Part shown: piece by piece, positions 9,719-19,470 of the stretch
How positions within the stretch are numbered: the stretch's first letter is position 1
Layout: each line of letters starts with the position of its first letter
Assembly (NCBI GenBank): GCA_965207225.1
Contig: CBDBLV010000004.1
Span: 416,001 to 480,000 of the forward strand
Direction: 5' to 3'
DNA length: 64,000 nucleotides
From: Dehalococcoidia bacterium
GTDB taxonomy: Bacteria; Chloroflexota; Dehalococcoidia; Plut-88900
The notes under the pieces: model-generated
Database searches by the model: none
Seen by the model: the letters and a program-made list of their open reading frames with translations, nothing else
Told to the model about the DNA's origin: nothing
Translations under genes and position numbers: made by a program

Positions 9719-11407
9719 TCAGGAAGTGATCAGGCCCTCCTGCGGCTGCGCCCACGGCAGATTGAAGGCAAAGGACGCCAGCGGGGCCCGAGGTATAGGC
9801 ATCTCCCCGAACGGCACGTCTATGATCACGGGTGCATTGCGCTCAAGCGCCTGAGGCACCATCGACTCCAGCTCCAGCGGGTTCTCCGCCCGCATCCCGA
9901 TCACCCCGAACGACTCGGCGAATTTGACGAAGTCCGGATTGTGCAAATCCGTTTCGTACGCTCCATCAAATCCTTCCTCCAGGTCCCGGGCCACGTTGCC
10001 GTATGAATCGTTTCTGAATATCACGGTTACCAGGTTGATCCCGTACTTGACCGCCGTGGAAAGCTCGGACGCGTTGAACATGAACCCGCCATCCCCTGCC
10101 ACACACACTACTGCCCGGTCGGGCTTGGCCACCTTCACTCCCAAGGCCGTAGGGAATGCGTAGCCCAGGTTGAATGAATAGCCGGAATCTATATACGTCT
10201 TCGGCCGGGTCACCTGCCAGTGGGTGCGTGCATAGAAGCCAAACTGCGATACGTCCCAAACCGTGAAGGCATCCTCGGGAATTCCCTTCTGCAGCGCTTC
10301 CAGCACGGGGTACTGGGGCTCCTTCAGCCTGATATCGTAATAGGCTATGAGGTTGCGGGCCGCCTTGACCGCCTCTACGGGCGACGACCGATCTCCCGCG
10401 CCGACTTCCAACAGGTGAGGAAGCAAGGCCTCGATTGTCGCCCTGGCATCGCCGTGCAGAGGAATTGTGTTGGACTGGACCCTCGTCAACTCAGCGTCAT
10501 CTATGTTTATGTTAATTAACGTTGATGCCTCTCCCGCCGGGTTGCCCAGTGAAAAACGGGCCCCGATTCCTATCACCACATCTGCCGACTGCATCACTTC
10601 GAAGAGCTGGTTCATCTCCCGCCGCTCACCCGACGGACTGAAGCATGACCCGTATGACAGTGGATGGTTGTCCGGTATCGCTCCCTTGCCGCCGCTGGAA
10701 GTGACCACCGGAATACTTGTAGCTTCAGCCAGCCTTACGAGTGCCTCCTCCGCATCCGAACGTGCCACTCCTCCTCCGGCGAATATCAGGGGTCGGGAGG
10801 ACTTTGCAATGATTTCCGCAGCCTCTCTCAAGTCCCCGGAATGAGGCGTAATCCGAGAAATACGCGCCGGATTGCGAAGCGTTACTTCTTCCCGCTCGAC
10901 TCCCACATCGGGGGGCACCTCCATCAGAACGGGTCGTGGTCGGCCCGTACGCATTTGCCTGAATGCTTCGAATACGGCATCCGGCACCTCCCGGGGCCTG
11001 AGCACCTGCTGTTGCCATTTGGTAACCGAGCGCACCGTGCCCGGTTGGTCCGCAACTTCGTGGACGGCGCCCCGATTCTTGCCAATCGCCCCGCGTGGCA
11101 CTTGTCCGGCTATGAGGAGCACCGGAGAAGACCGCGAGAACGCATTTGTCAGGCCGGATGCCGCATTGTAGACGCCTGCACCGGGCACAACTAGGGCGAC
11201 TCCCGGTTTTCCTGATGCCCTTGCATAGCCGTCCGCCATATAGGTGGTGGCCTGTTCATGGCGTGTCGTGATCATTCGGATATCGGGTTCGTCCCGAAGC
11301 CCGGCCACGATCCCGTAGACCTGGATGCCCGGGATGCCAAAAACGACCTTGACTCCCTCCCTGACCAGGGACTTGGCGAGGGCCTCACCGCCGCTCATTA
11401 ACGCCAT
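9719..11407 (-). CDS. Thiamine pyrophosphate-binding enzyme (acetolactate synthase-like)
   Basis: RHEQATTYMADGYAR and GDGGFMFN...N TPP motif. Confidence 0.92.
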   Translation of the reverse strand: MALMSGGEALAKSLVREGVKVVFGIPGIQVYGIVAGLRDEPDIRMITTRHEQATTYMADGYARASGKPGVALVVPGAGVYNAASGLTNAFSRSSPVLLIAGQVPRGAIGKNRGAVHEVADQPGTVRSVTKWQQQVLRPREVPDAVFEAFRQMRTGRPRPVLMEVPPDVGVEREEVTLRNPARISRITPHSGDLREAAEIIAKSSRPLIFAGGGVARSDAEEALVRLAEATSIPVVTSSGGKGAIPDNHPLSYGSCFSPSGERREMNQLFEVMQSADVVIGIGARFSLGNPAGEASTLININIDDAELTRVQSNTIPLHGDARATIEALLPHLLEVGAGDRSSPVEAVKAARNLIAYYDIRLKEPQYPVLEALQKGIPEDAFTVWDVSQFGFYARTHWQVTRPKTYIDSGYSFNLGYAFPTALGVKVAKPDRAVVCVAGDGGFMFNASELSTAVKYGINLVTVIFRNDSYGNVARDLEEGFDGAYETDLHNPDFVKFAESFGVIGMRAENPLELESMVPQALERNAPVIIDVPFGEMPIPRAPLASFAFNLPWAQPQEGLITS

Positions 11408-11485
11408 GATTTATCTACTCCACTCCCTTGGCACGTTCCATGCGGAATGTCACAAATGTGAGACTGAACGAGGGGCAGGATAAGT

Positions 11486-11773
11486 CTAGAGTCCTTCAAC
11501 AACCACCATGTTGATGTTGGAAGACCTGGAGCGAATGTCATCGAGGGCAGTGTATTCGGGAGACCGCAGCCAGGAGTGGACTTGTTCCAGGTCGTCAAAT
11601 TGGAGTATAGCCATCCGCTTCGGTGTCCAGTCCCCCAGCACGACCTCGAACTTGCCGCCCCGGGCCACGAATTTGCCTCCGTGATTCTCGACGGTCTTCG
11701 TCACCTGTTCCATGAACTGCCCATAGAGGCTGGAATCCGTTATCTCGACATCCACTATTACGTATGCTGACAT
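11486..11773 (-). CDS. DUF1330 family protein
   Basis: HGGKFVARGG and W..SPEY...R...VVEG pattern. Confidence 0.9.
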   Translation of the reverse strand: MSAYVIVDVEITDSSLYGQFMEQVTKTVENHGGKFVARGGKFEVVLGDWTPKRMAILQFDDLEQVHSWLRSPEYTALDDIRSRSSNINMVVVEGL

Positions 11774-12060
11774 GTTGCTCCTTTACCCCCGATGCAAAGT
11801 GGTCTGTGGCATTGCCCCGGACCCTCATTGTACCGACCAGACAGTCAATTCGCATGTCGTTTGCTGGATTTTCTACCTAGGCTTCCTTTACTGCTTGCGA
11901 GTAGGCTTCTTTCCTCCCCTCCCCCTGTCCCCAAGAAATGAAACGTCACATTTGGACAGTAAAATGATTGCCTTTATCCCGTGCTATTATTGCGGCCATG
12001 ACCAGCTAGTCGACATACCCATCATAATCCCCAACCCCGACCCGTTAGGAGGCAACCCCA

Positions 12061-12990
12061 ATGGCCCGACCCACCCAGATGAGCGTCCTAGTGCCGACCC
12101 ACTTCCTCGGTGACCTCCCGACACCCGCCGACTTCAAAGACTGGTTCCGCGCTGCAGAGGACCTGGGCTTTGCCTCCGTCTGGATCCTCGACCGCATCTA
12201 CAGCCCATCCAAGGTGCCCGACGCCATGACCATGCTCGCCTGGGCCAGCGCGGTTACTTCCAGAATAAGACTCGGCACCGCCGTCCTACTTCTTCCCCAT
12301 CGCCATCCCATCCTCCTTGCCAAAGAGGTCTCGACCATCGACTGGCTGAGCGGGGGTCGGCTGGATTTGGGGGTCGGTCTCGGGGGGCGGGAGATTGAGT
12401 TTCACTCCCTGGGCATGAAGCTGGAGGAAAGGGTAAAGCGGTTCCGGGAGAATCTCGCATCGATGCGCGCCATTTGGTCAGGGCCCGACGCCGCGTACGA
12501 GGGCCGGTTTGTGAATTTCGATAACGTAAACATTGAGCCTAGACCCCTCCAAAAAGGTGACCTCCCCATCTGGATCGGCGGAGAGGCAGACGGCGTCCTG
12601 AAGCGCACAGCCGCCCTGGCCGACGGCTGGATCGGAGGCGCCCGTAACTCGCCGGAGATTCTCGCCGAGAAGATTGGCAAGATAAAGGGATTTGCGAAGG
12701 AGAGAGGTCGGGACCCGGAATCGCTAGGCTACGCCAGCCTTGAATACATGACGATTGACGAGGACGTGGAGAAGGCTCGGGCGCGGAACCGGGGGCTGGC
12801 GACTTCGGTATACGGCCCCGCCTTTGACTCCGATACTTACACCACCTTTGGAGACCTGGACACCTGCGTGGCCCGGCTTCAGTCGGTGGTAGACGCCGGC
12901 TGCAACGAAGTTATTATCTCCCCGCCCGATTTGGACATCACGCATTTGACCCGGCTGGCGGAGGAAGTGGTTCCGGGCGTGAAGGTGTAG
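12061..12990 (+). CDS. LLM-class (probably F420-dependent) oxidoreductase
   Basis: AEDLGFASVW, IRLGTAVLLLP, SGGRLDLGVG and PIWIGG motifs. Confidence 0.9.
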   Translation: MARPTQMSVLVPTHFLGDLPTPADFKDWFRAAEDLGFASVWILDRIYSPSKVPDAMTMLAWASAVTSRIRLGTAVLLLPHRHPILLAKEVSTIDWLSGGRLDLGVGLGGREIEFHSLGMKLEERVKRFRENLASMRAIWSGPDAAYEGRFVNFDNVNIEPRPLQKGDLPIWIGGEADGVLKRTAALADGWIGGARNSPEILAEKIGKIKGFAKERGRDPESLGYASLEYMTIDEDVEKARARNRGLATSVYGPAFDSDTYTTFGDLDTCVARLQSVVDAGCNEVIISPPDLDITHLTRLAEEVVPGVKV

Positions 12991-13022
12991 CCCTTCCAAA
13001 ATCTTGGCTAAATTGTCGCGTT

Positions 13023-13463
13023 TTGAAAGTATTCACCATAGGATTCACTAAGATATCGGCGGCGCGGTTTTTTGAGTTGTTGCGGGAGTCGGGGGCCGAG
13101 CGGGTGGTCGACATCCGTCTGAACAATGTCAATCAGTTGACAGGATTTACCAAGAAGAGTGACCTGCCATTCTTCCTCCGAGAAATCTGCGGCATGGACT
13201 ACGTCCACCTCCCCTCCCTCGCCCCGAGCAAGGAGGTCTTCGACGGGCTCAAGAAGAACCACAAAGACTGGGACCGCTACGAGCGGGAATTCCTGGCCCT
13301 GATGGGGGAACGCCGTATAGAGGAGACAACGCCCAGAGAGACCCTGGACAACGCCTGCCTCCTATGCACCGAGGACTCCCCCGACCACTGCCACCGACGC
13401 CTCGTCCTTGAATACCTCCAACGCCACTGGGGCGAGATAGAAGTCGTCCACCTCGTCCGCTAG
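13023..13463 (+). CDS. DUF488 family protein
   Basis: FTIGF, VVDIR and CLLCTE...HCHRRLV motifs. Confidence 0.9.
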   Translation: MKVFTIGFTKISAARFFELLRESGAERVVDIRLNNVNQLTGFTKKSDLPFFLREICGMDYVHLPSLAPSKEVFDGLKKNHKDWDRYEREFLALMGERRIEETTPRETLDNACLLCTEDSPDHCHRRLVLEYLQRHWGEIEVVHLVR

Positions 13464-13485
13464 TCCCTTCCCTCCAAGACGGTAT

Positions 13486-13522
13486 AAAGAAGCGGCCCCG
13501 ACTGAGTCGGGGCCGCTCTTTT
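13486..13522. terminator. Bidirectional intrinsic terminator
   Basis: AGCGGCCCCGAC-TGA-GTCGGGGCCGCT stem flanked by A- and T-rich tails, between convergent genes. Confidence 0.85.
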
Positions 13523-13543
13523 GTCAGTCTATTTCGCCGCGGT

Positions 13544-15193
13544 CTAGTGATCGTAGGGCTGGAAGTTCTGGGTCGTCGAGGCGGCCCAGCGGTCGGTGAT
13601 CACGTTGACGATAGCCGGCTTGCCGGAGTCGAAGGCCCGCTGCAGGGCCGGTTTCAACTCTTCCGGCTTCTCAACATACTCGCCGTGCGCCCCGAGGGCC
13701 TCGCCCAGCTTGTCGTACCGCTGCTCAAACCCGAGCTCGATGCCCGTCTTCAGCACATCGTCACCCTGTCTGCCGGAGGCCCATCCACCGTTCACGTTCA
13801 CAACGCAAACCAGCGGTATGTTGTGCCGGACTGCGGTGTCGATGTTGATCGCATTGATTCCGAAGGAGCCGTCGCCGTGGATGACTAGGGTCTTCTTGTC
13901 GGGCTTGGCCAGGGCTGAGGCAAGGCCAAACGGAAGCCCGACACCCATGCAACCCGAGGAGCCGGAGTTGATCCTGTGACCCGGGTAGTAGGTCTGTATC
14001 GACTGTCGGCCGAAATTCAAGGTCTCGTGGCCGTCCACGACCAACATCGCGTCCCTGGGCAGGAATTCCCTGATTTCCTTCATCATACGGAGCGGGTGCA
14101 TCGGGATCTGGTCGGAATTCAGGGTGGGCTGACTTCGCTCGTTATTGCTGGCCTCCTTGGCCCGCAACGAATCGATCCACGCACTCTTGCTCTTATTCTC
14201 GAAGTTCTGTTCCTTGGCCTCTTCCGTCAGCTGTCGCAGCACCATCTTGGCATCTCCGACTATACCGACGTCTGCGGCCTTGTTGTGCCCGATCTCTTCC
14301 CTGTCCGTATTCACCTGGATAGTCTTCAAGTCTGCCCTGAACCTGGGCGCTTGCAGGTATTGCCAGATCCAGTTGATGCGGGTGCCGACCACCAGCGCCA
14401 CGTCGGCCTCCCTGAATGCCATGGACCGGGCTGCGGGGAAGGACATTTCGTGGTCCTCCGGAATTACGCCCCGAGACTGGGGAGTCGTGTAGAACGGGAT
14501 ACCCGTTGCATCGACAAACTCCTGTATCTCTTCGTGGGCCCGAGACCACATAACGCCGGTACCCGACAGGACCAACGGTTTCTCTGCTTTCGCAAGCATT
14601 TCGATGGCTCGCTTGACCTCGTCCGGGTCGCCAAGGATCCGGGCGTCGGTGCGGGAGTTGACCGGGAATTGGACGTTCGCCTCGTCAACGCGCTCGTGGA
14701 GAACGTCGCCGGGAAGGTCGAGGTAGACAGGGCCCGGCCTGTTGCCCCAGGCTTTGCGGAAGGCCACGCTAACCAGCTCGGGCATTCTTTCTGCCCTGTT
14801 GACCTGTCCCGACCACTTCGTTATGGGTCGGAAAACGCTGACTTGGTCGATCTCCTGGAAGTCCTCCCAGCCGGTCAGGCTGGAGTTGCTGGACCCGCCC
14901 AGGGCTACTATCGGGCAAGCGTCTGTGAAAGCCGTTACCACCCCCGTTACAAGGTTGGTAGCGCCCGGCCCCGAGCACGCTGCACACACGCCGGTCTGTC
15001 CGGTTGCCCTGCTCCATGCGTGGGCCATCATCGCCGCGGCCTGCTCATGCCGCGTGTCGTAGAGCTTGATGCCCTCTTTCTCGGCGTCCAGATAGAAGTT
15101 GTCCATCGGCCCGCCCGAAAGGAAGAACAGATGGGTTACGCCTTCGTGCCTTAGTGACTTCGCAAGAAGTCTATTGCCTGTAATCTCGGCCAT
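13544..15193 (-). CDS. TPP-dependent enzyme, 2-hydroxyacyl-CoA lyase / oxalyl-CoA decarboxylase-like
   Basis: RHEQAAAMMA, AARSMAFREADVALVVGTRINW, GCMGVG and GDGSFG motifs. Confidence 0.8.
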   Translation of the reverse strand: MAEITGNRLLAKSLRHEGVTHLFFLSGGPMDNFYLDAEKEGIKLYDTRHEQAAAMMAHAWSRATGQTGVCAACSGPGATNLVTGVVTAFTDACPIVALGGSSNSSLTGWEDFQEIDQVSVFRPITKWSGQVNRAERMPELVSVAFRKAWGNRPGPVYLDLPGDVLHERVDEANVQFPVNSRTDARILGDPDEVKRAIEMLAKAEKPLVLSGTGVMWSRAHEEIQEFVDATGIPFYTTPQSRGVIPEDHEMSFPAARSMAFREADVALVVGTRINWIWQYLQAPRFRADLKTIQVNTDREEIGHNKAADVGIVGDAKMVLRQLTEEAKEQNFENKSKSAWIDSLRAKEASNNERSQPTLNSDQIPMHPLRMMKEIREFLPRDAMLVVDGHETLNFGRQSIQTYYPGHRINSGSSGCMGVGLPFGLASALAKPDKKTLVIHGDGSFGINAINIDTAVRHNIPLVCVVNVNGGWASGRQGDDVLKTGIELGFEQRYDKLGEALGAHGEYVEKPEELKPALQRAFDSGKPAIVNVITDRWAASTTQNFQPYDH

Positions 15194-15332
15194 GTTTTCC
15201 TCCCTGGATTATGCTTCCCGGTCACCGAGGCGTCGCCAGCTCCGATGCCCATGTATTCGAGGTGGAGAAGTCCGCGCGACAATATCTTCTGTTCGCTGTC
15301 GTTCGGAATCGTTCCTCCGCCACGGTGCGCTG

Positions 15333-15361
15333 ATTATAGGCGCGACTATTATTAGCGTCAA
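15333..15361 (-). promoter_or_regulatory. sigma70-like promoter
   Basis: Minus strand TTGACG-17 nt-TATAAT upstream of the TPP enzyme gene. Confidence 0.7.
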
Positions 15362-15372
15362 CGCGGGTCGGG

Positions 15373-16032
15373 CTAGAGCTCCATCTCCCTCAGGTCCGGC
15401 GACACCCGGAGCGGTGCATCCGTCACCGACTGTATATCCTCCACGCTCAGACTTGGCGCGTGTTCTACAAGCGTGAGCCCCTCCCCCCCGACCTCTATCA
15501 CCGCCATGTCAGTGATGATCATGTCCACGCACCCGACGGCCGTCAGCGGAGAAGTGCATTCCCTGACAATCTTTGGAGTGCCCTTCTTGTCGGTGTGCTC
15601 CATTGCCGCTATGACCCGTTTGGCCCCTGCCACGATATCCATCGCCCCGCCGATGCCGCCTATGAGCCGCCCGGGCCTCAGCCAGTTGGCCAGGTCGCCC
15701 TTCTCGGAGACCTGCATGGCCCCGAGCACCGTGATGTCCAGGTAACCGCCCCTCACGATAGTGAAGGCTTCTACCGTATCGAAGATGCTCATGCCGGGAA
15801 GGGCGGTCACGAAACCCCCGCCCGCGTTGGTCATGTGGATGTCTTCCTCGCCCTCGGGTGGGGAGCCCCCAAATCCGACCGCGCCGTTCTCCGTATGGAA
15901 CCATACGGTGCGGCCTTCAGGAATGTAGTTGGCGGCGAGGGTCGGGATCCCGATTCCCAGATTCACCACGTCTCCGTCCCGGAACTCCCTGGCAACTCTG
16001 AGGGCTATGGCTTCCCGGTCGAGCCTGAACAT
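15373..16032 (-). CDS. 3-oxoacid CoA-transferase subunit B (copy 2)
   Basis: VNLGIGIP, TENG (catalytic Glu) and GGAMD motifs. Confidence 0.92.
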   Translation of the reverse strand: MFRLDREAIALRVAREFRDGDVVNLGIGIPTLAANYIPEGRTVWFHTENGAVGFGGSPPEGEEDIHMTNAGGGFVTALPGMSIFDTVEAFTIVRGGYLDITVLGAMQVSEKGDLANWLRPGRLIGGIGGAMDIVAGAKRVIAAMEHTDKKGTPKIVRECTSPLTAVGCVDMIITDMAVIEVGGEGLTLVEHAPSLSVEDIQSVTDAPLRVSPDLREMEL

Positions 16033-16036
16033 CCGA

Positions 16037-16789
16037 CTACTTACCCCTGAACTCTTTGGACCTGCAAACTATCCTGTTCACATATATGCCAGGAGTGATA
16101 ATTTTGTCCGGGTCCAGGTCCCCCATCTCCACGATTTCGTCTACTTCGGCAATCGTGACCCGGGCCGCCGTCGCCGAGGTCACGTTGAAGTGGCGCATGT
16201 TGCCCCGGTACACGAGATTCCCTGCTTTGTCGGCCTTGTGGGCCCGAATGAGAGAGAAATCACCCTTGATAGCGTGTTCAAGGATGTACTCCTTACCGTC
16301 TATAGTCCTCGTCTCCTTGCCCTCCGACACGACAGTCCCAACTCCTACCGGAGACCAGAACGCCGGGATCCCTGCCCCCCCGGCCCGTATCCGCTCGGCT
16401 AGGATGCCCTGGGGGTTCATCTCTATATCTATAGTTCCTGCCTTGAATCCTTCTTCCAGGGGGTTGGGTTGCGGCGCGCCGGGAGCTATGGGGTACGAGA
16501 CAATCGCTTTGGATACCTGCCCGTTCTCCACCAGGACTCCCGGGTCTATCCGGAGAGCATCTCGCTTGGCCCCGAATACCACCCCGATCCCCGCCGTGTT
16601 CCCGACTATCGTCAGGTCTCTGGCTCCGTGGTCCCTCAACGCCCGGAGCAGTAACATCGGCATCCCGCCCGGCCCGCCGAAGTGCCCGATGATGACGGTG
16701 GATCCATCCTGGATATCCGCGACGGCTTCTGCAAAGGTTACGAAGACCTTGTCTGATCGCGCCCGACCCCTGAGCTTGGCGAGCGTCAA
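16037..16789 (-). CDS. 3-oxoacid CoA-transferase subunit A (copy 2)
   Basis: PQGILAERIRAGGAGIPAF, ADKAGNL and TPGIYV motifs. Confidence 0.92.
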   Translation of the reverse strand: MTLAKLRGRARSDKVFVTFAEAVADIQDGSTVIIGHFGGPGGMPMLLLRALRDHGARDLTIVGNTAGIGVVFGAKRDALRIDPGVLVENGQVSKAIVSYPIAPGAPQPNPLEEGFKAGTIDIEMNPQGILAERIRAGGAGIPAFWSPVGVGTVVSEGKETRTIDGKEYILEHAIKGDFSLIRAHKADKAGNLVYRGNMRHFNVTSATAARVTIAEVDEIVEMGDLDPDKIITPGIYVNRIVCRSKEFRGK

Positions 16790-17448
16790 ATCTGGACCTC
16801 TTTCAGTTTCTCACTGACATTGAGTTGTGCTCCTGTCACCGACTGCACCTCCTCGGGGGTGTAGCCGGGTGCTGTTTCCAAAAGCAGGAATCCTTCGTCG
16901 GTGACCTGAATCACGGCCAGATCGGTGACTACGAGGTCGACGCACGCTTTGCCTGTAAGCAGGTAATCGCACTCTTTGACAAGCTTCGGCTCACCACTCC
17001 GAGTCGTGTGTTCCATGGCCACGATCACCTTCTTTGCACCCGTCACCAGTTCCATCGCCCCGCCCACATTGCCCGATCCTCGGCCCGGCAGTATCCAGTT
17101 CGCCAGATCACCCTTCTCAGATACCTGGAACCCACCTAACACCGTAATGTCTACGTGGCCTCCCCGGATCATGTTGAAGGCGTCGGCGGAATTGAAGAAG
17201 GAGATGCCGGGGGTGGAAGTGATGAACTGGGTGCCGGCGTTAATCAGGTTCGGGTCCTGCTGGTCGGGTTCTGCCAGGGGCCCGTAGCCCAGCACACCGT
17301 TCTCTGAATGAAGCCAGACTTTCCGCCCCTCGGGCAGGAAATTGGAGCAGAGGGTCGGGATGCCCGCGCCAAGGTTCACCACGTCCCCGTCGCGGAACTC
17401 TCGGGCCACGCGGAGAGCTATGGTGTTTCTGTCGAGCTTCTGCTTCAC
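16786..17448 (-). CDS. 3-oxoacid CoA-transferase subunit B (copy 1)
   Basis: VNLGAGIP, SENG and GGAMEL motifs. Confidence 0.92.
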   Translation of the reverse strand: MKQKLDRNTIALRVAREFRDGDVVNLGAGIPTLCSNFLPEGRKVWLHSENGVLGYGPLAEPDQQDPNLINAGTQFITSTPGISFFNSADAFNMIRGGHVDITVLGGFQVSEKGDLANWILPGRGSGNVGGAMELVTGAKKVIVAMEHTTRSGEPKLVKECDYLLTGKACVDLVVTDLAVIQVTDEGFLLLETAPGYTPEEVQSVTGAQLNVSEKLKEVQI

Positions 17449-17449
17449 T

Positions 17450-18181
17450 TCACCCGACCCTGATTTTCGATTCCGGGATGTGGACTATCCTCTGGACGTA
17501 AACTCCGGGTGTCACCACCTCCTCGGGGTCCAACTCCCCGATCTCCACCAACTCCTCCGTTTCTACGATGGTGATTCGAGCCGCAGCCGCCATTATCGGA
17601 TTAAAGTTGCGGGACGTGCCCTTATAGACCAGGTTGCCCAGCCTGTCCGCCTTGTAGGCGTGCACCAGTGCAAAATCTCCCCGAAGCGGCGGCTCTAGTA
17701 TGTATTCCTCTCCGTCGAATATCCTCTTCTCCTTCCCCTCTTCCATCAGCGTCCCAACCCCGACTTTCGTGTAAAAACCCCCAAGGCCCGCTGCCGCTAT
17801 CCTCATCCTCTCCGTCATGGTGCCCTGGGGCAGGGCCTCTATCTCCGCTTTTCCTTCGGCTAACAGCAGTTCGAAGGGCGAGGGGTTTGAGGGTCTCGGT
17901 GAGACCGGGAAGGAAGATATGCCCTTTTTGATCTGCCCGTTTTCCGCCAGCGCTGCCACATCGGCGATGCCGCTCGGCCGTCCCGAGCTGGCCGCCCCGC
18001 TGCCCAGCCCCATGCTGTTGCTTACAATGGTCAGGCCTCGCGCCCCGAGGTCTCGGAGGGCCAGAATCAGGTGCCCAGGATGACCCCCGATGCTACTGAA
18101 CCCGCCGATGAAGACGGTGGCGCCGTCCGGGATGTCGGCCACGGCGGATGCTGCGTCTGGATATACCTTGTCTGTGGGCAT
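17450..18181 (-). CDS. 3-oxoacid CoA-transferase subunit A (copy 1)
   Basis: PQGTMTERMR, ADRLGNL and TPGVYV motifs; start placed at MPTDKVY. Confidence 0.9.
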   Translation of the reverse strand: MPTDKVYPDAASAVADIPDGATVFIGGFSSIGGHPGHLILALRDLGARGLTIVSNSMGLGSGAASSGRPSGIADVAALAENGQIKKGISSFPVSPRPSNPSPFELLLAEGKAEIEALPQGTMTERMRIAAAGLGGFYTKVGVGTLMEEGKEKRIFDGEEYILEPPLRGDFALVHAYKADRLGNLVYKGTSRNFNPIMAAAARITIVETEELVEIGELDPEEVVTPGVYVQRIVHIPESKIRVG

Positions 18182-18315
18182 GTCGGCCTGCCGATACGGG
18201 ATTTTATCACGCCTACAATCCGAATCTCCCACGTTGACACAGACCCCCGCCCATCCCTACGATTAACCCCGACCAGACTTTCTTCAAACCCCCTCAAGCA
18301 ACAGGGAAAACATCC

Positions 18316-19452
18316 ATGACGACCAAGATAATCGACGCCGACAGCCACATCCTTGAACCCCCCGACCTCTGGCTCACCTACCTCGAACCCGAACTCAGAG
18401 ACCGAGCCATGTGTGTGAAGACCGATTCCCAGGGGCTGGAATACCTGGAAGTGGACGGCAAACCCGCCTCGGGGGTTAAGGGTGGGATGCTTGCCAACAT
18501 CGCCGGTGCAGGGCGCACCGACCTGGAGCATTTCCTGACTCCCGGCGCAGTGCCCTATGCGCAGGCCCGGGCGGAGGCGCCTCCGTCGGGAGACCCCGAT
18601 GCACGACTCAGGTGGCTCGACGACGAGGGCTCCGACAGCACCTTCCTCTACCCGTCCCTCGGGCTCGACTGGCCCCAGGACTGCCGGGACCCGATCATGG
18701 CCGCCGCCTACACCCGGGCCTACAACAACTGGCTCAATGACTTCTGCTCCACAGACCCCGAACGCCTGCTCCCCATAGCCCACATTTCATTGTTGGACGT
18801 GGAGGAAGGGGTAAAGGAGCTCGAAAGGGCCCACGGCCTGGGAATGAAAGGGGCCTATCCTCCGGTCGTGCCCTTCAACGGCATCCCATACGGAGAGCCC
18901 CACTACGACCGCTTCTGGGCCACCGCCGAGGACCTTGGTGTGCCCATCAGCCTTCACGTAACCGGCAACGTCCACGGTGTCGGGGGCGACCTTTATCCCA
19001 GGGCTTATACAGCCCCCTTCTGGTGGTTCCTTGTGACCGACATGGGCGACGTTCTCATCGCCTTCACCAGCCTCTTTCAGGGCGGGCTCTTCGAAAGGTT
19101 CCCCGCTTTGAAAATCGTCGTGGTGGAGACGGGGTCCGGGTGGCTGCCCTACTGGCTGGAAAGAATGGACGGCTTCTTCGACAAGATAGGCTTCACCACG
19201 CCTCTCAAGATGCGTCCCTCCGAATACTTCAAGCGACAGTGCTGGATCGTCGTAGACCCCGACGAAACAACCGCTCCTTACACCATCAACTTCGTCGGGG
19301 CCGACAGGTTCATGTGGGGCTCCGACTACCCCCACACCGAGGGTGAAGCCGGGGCCCTGGACGAGCTGAAGGAGAACCTGGAGTCCCTTCCCGAGGACGT
19401 CCAGGGGCGGGTGCTCGGGGGCAACGCCGCGGAGCTCTATGGGCTTAGTTAG
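18316..19452 (+). CDS. Amidohydrolase_2 family protein
   Basis: IDADSH, AYNNWL, PSEYFKRQ and WGSDYPH motifs. Confidence 0.92.
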   Translation: MTTKIIDADSHILEPPDLWLTYLEPELRDRAMCVKTDSQGLEYLEVDGKPASGVKGGMLANIAGAGRTDLEHFLTPGAVPYAQARAEAPPSGDPDARLRWLDDEGSDSTFLYPSLGLDWPQDCRDPIMAAAYTRAYNNWLNDFCSTDPERLLPIAHISLLDVEEGVKELERAHGLGMKGAYPPVVPFNGIPYGEPHYDRFWATAEDLGVPISLHVTGNVHGVGGDLYPRAYTAPFWWFLVTDMGDVLIAFTSLFQGGLFERFPALKIVVVETGSGWLPYWLERMDGFFDKIGFTTPLKMRPSEYFKRQCWIVVDPDETTAPYTINFVGADRFMWGSDYPHTEGEAGALDELKENLESLPEDVQGRVLGGNAAELYGLS

Positions 19453-19470
19453 TCTGGACTCGGCCCACCC

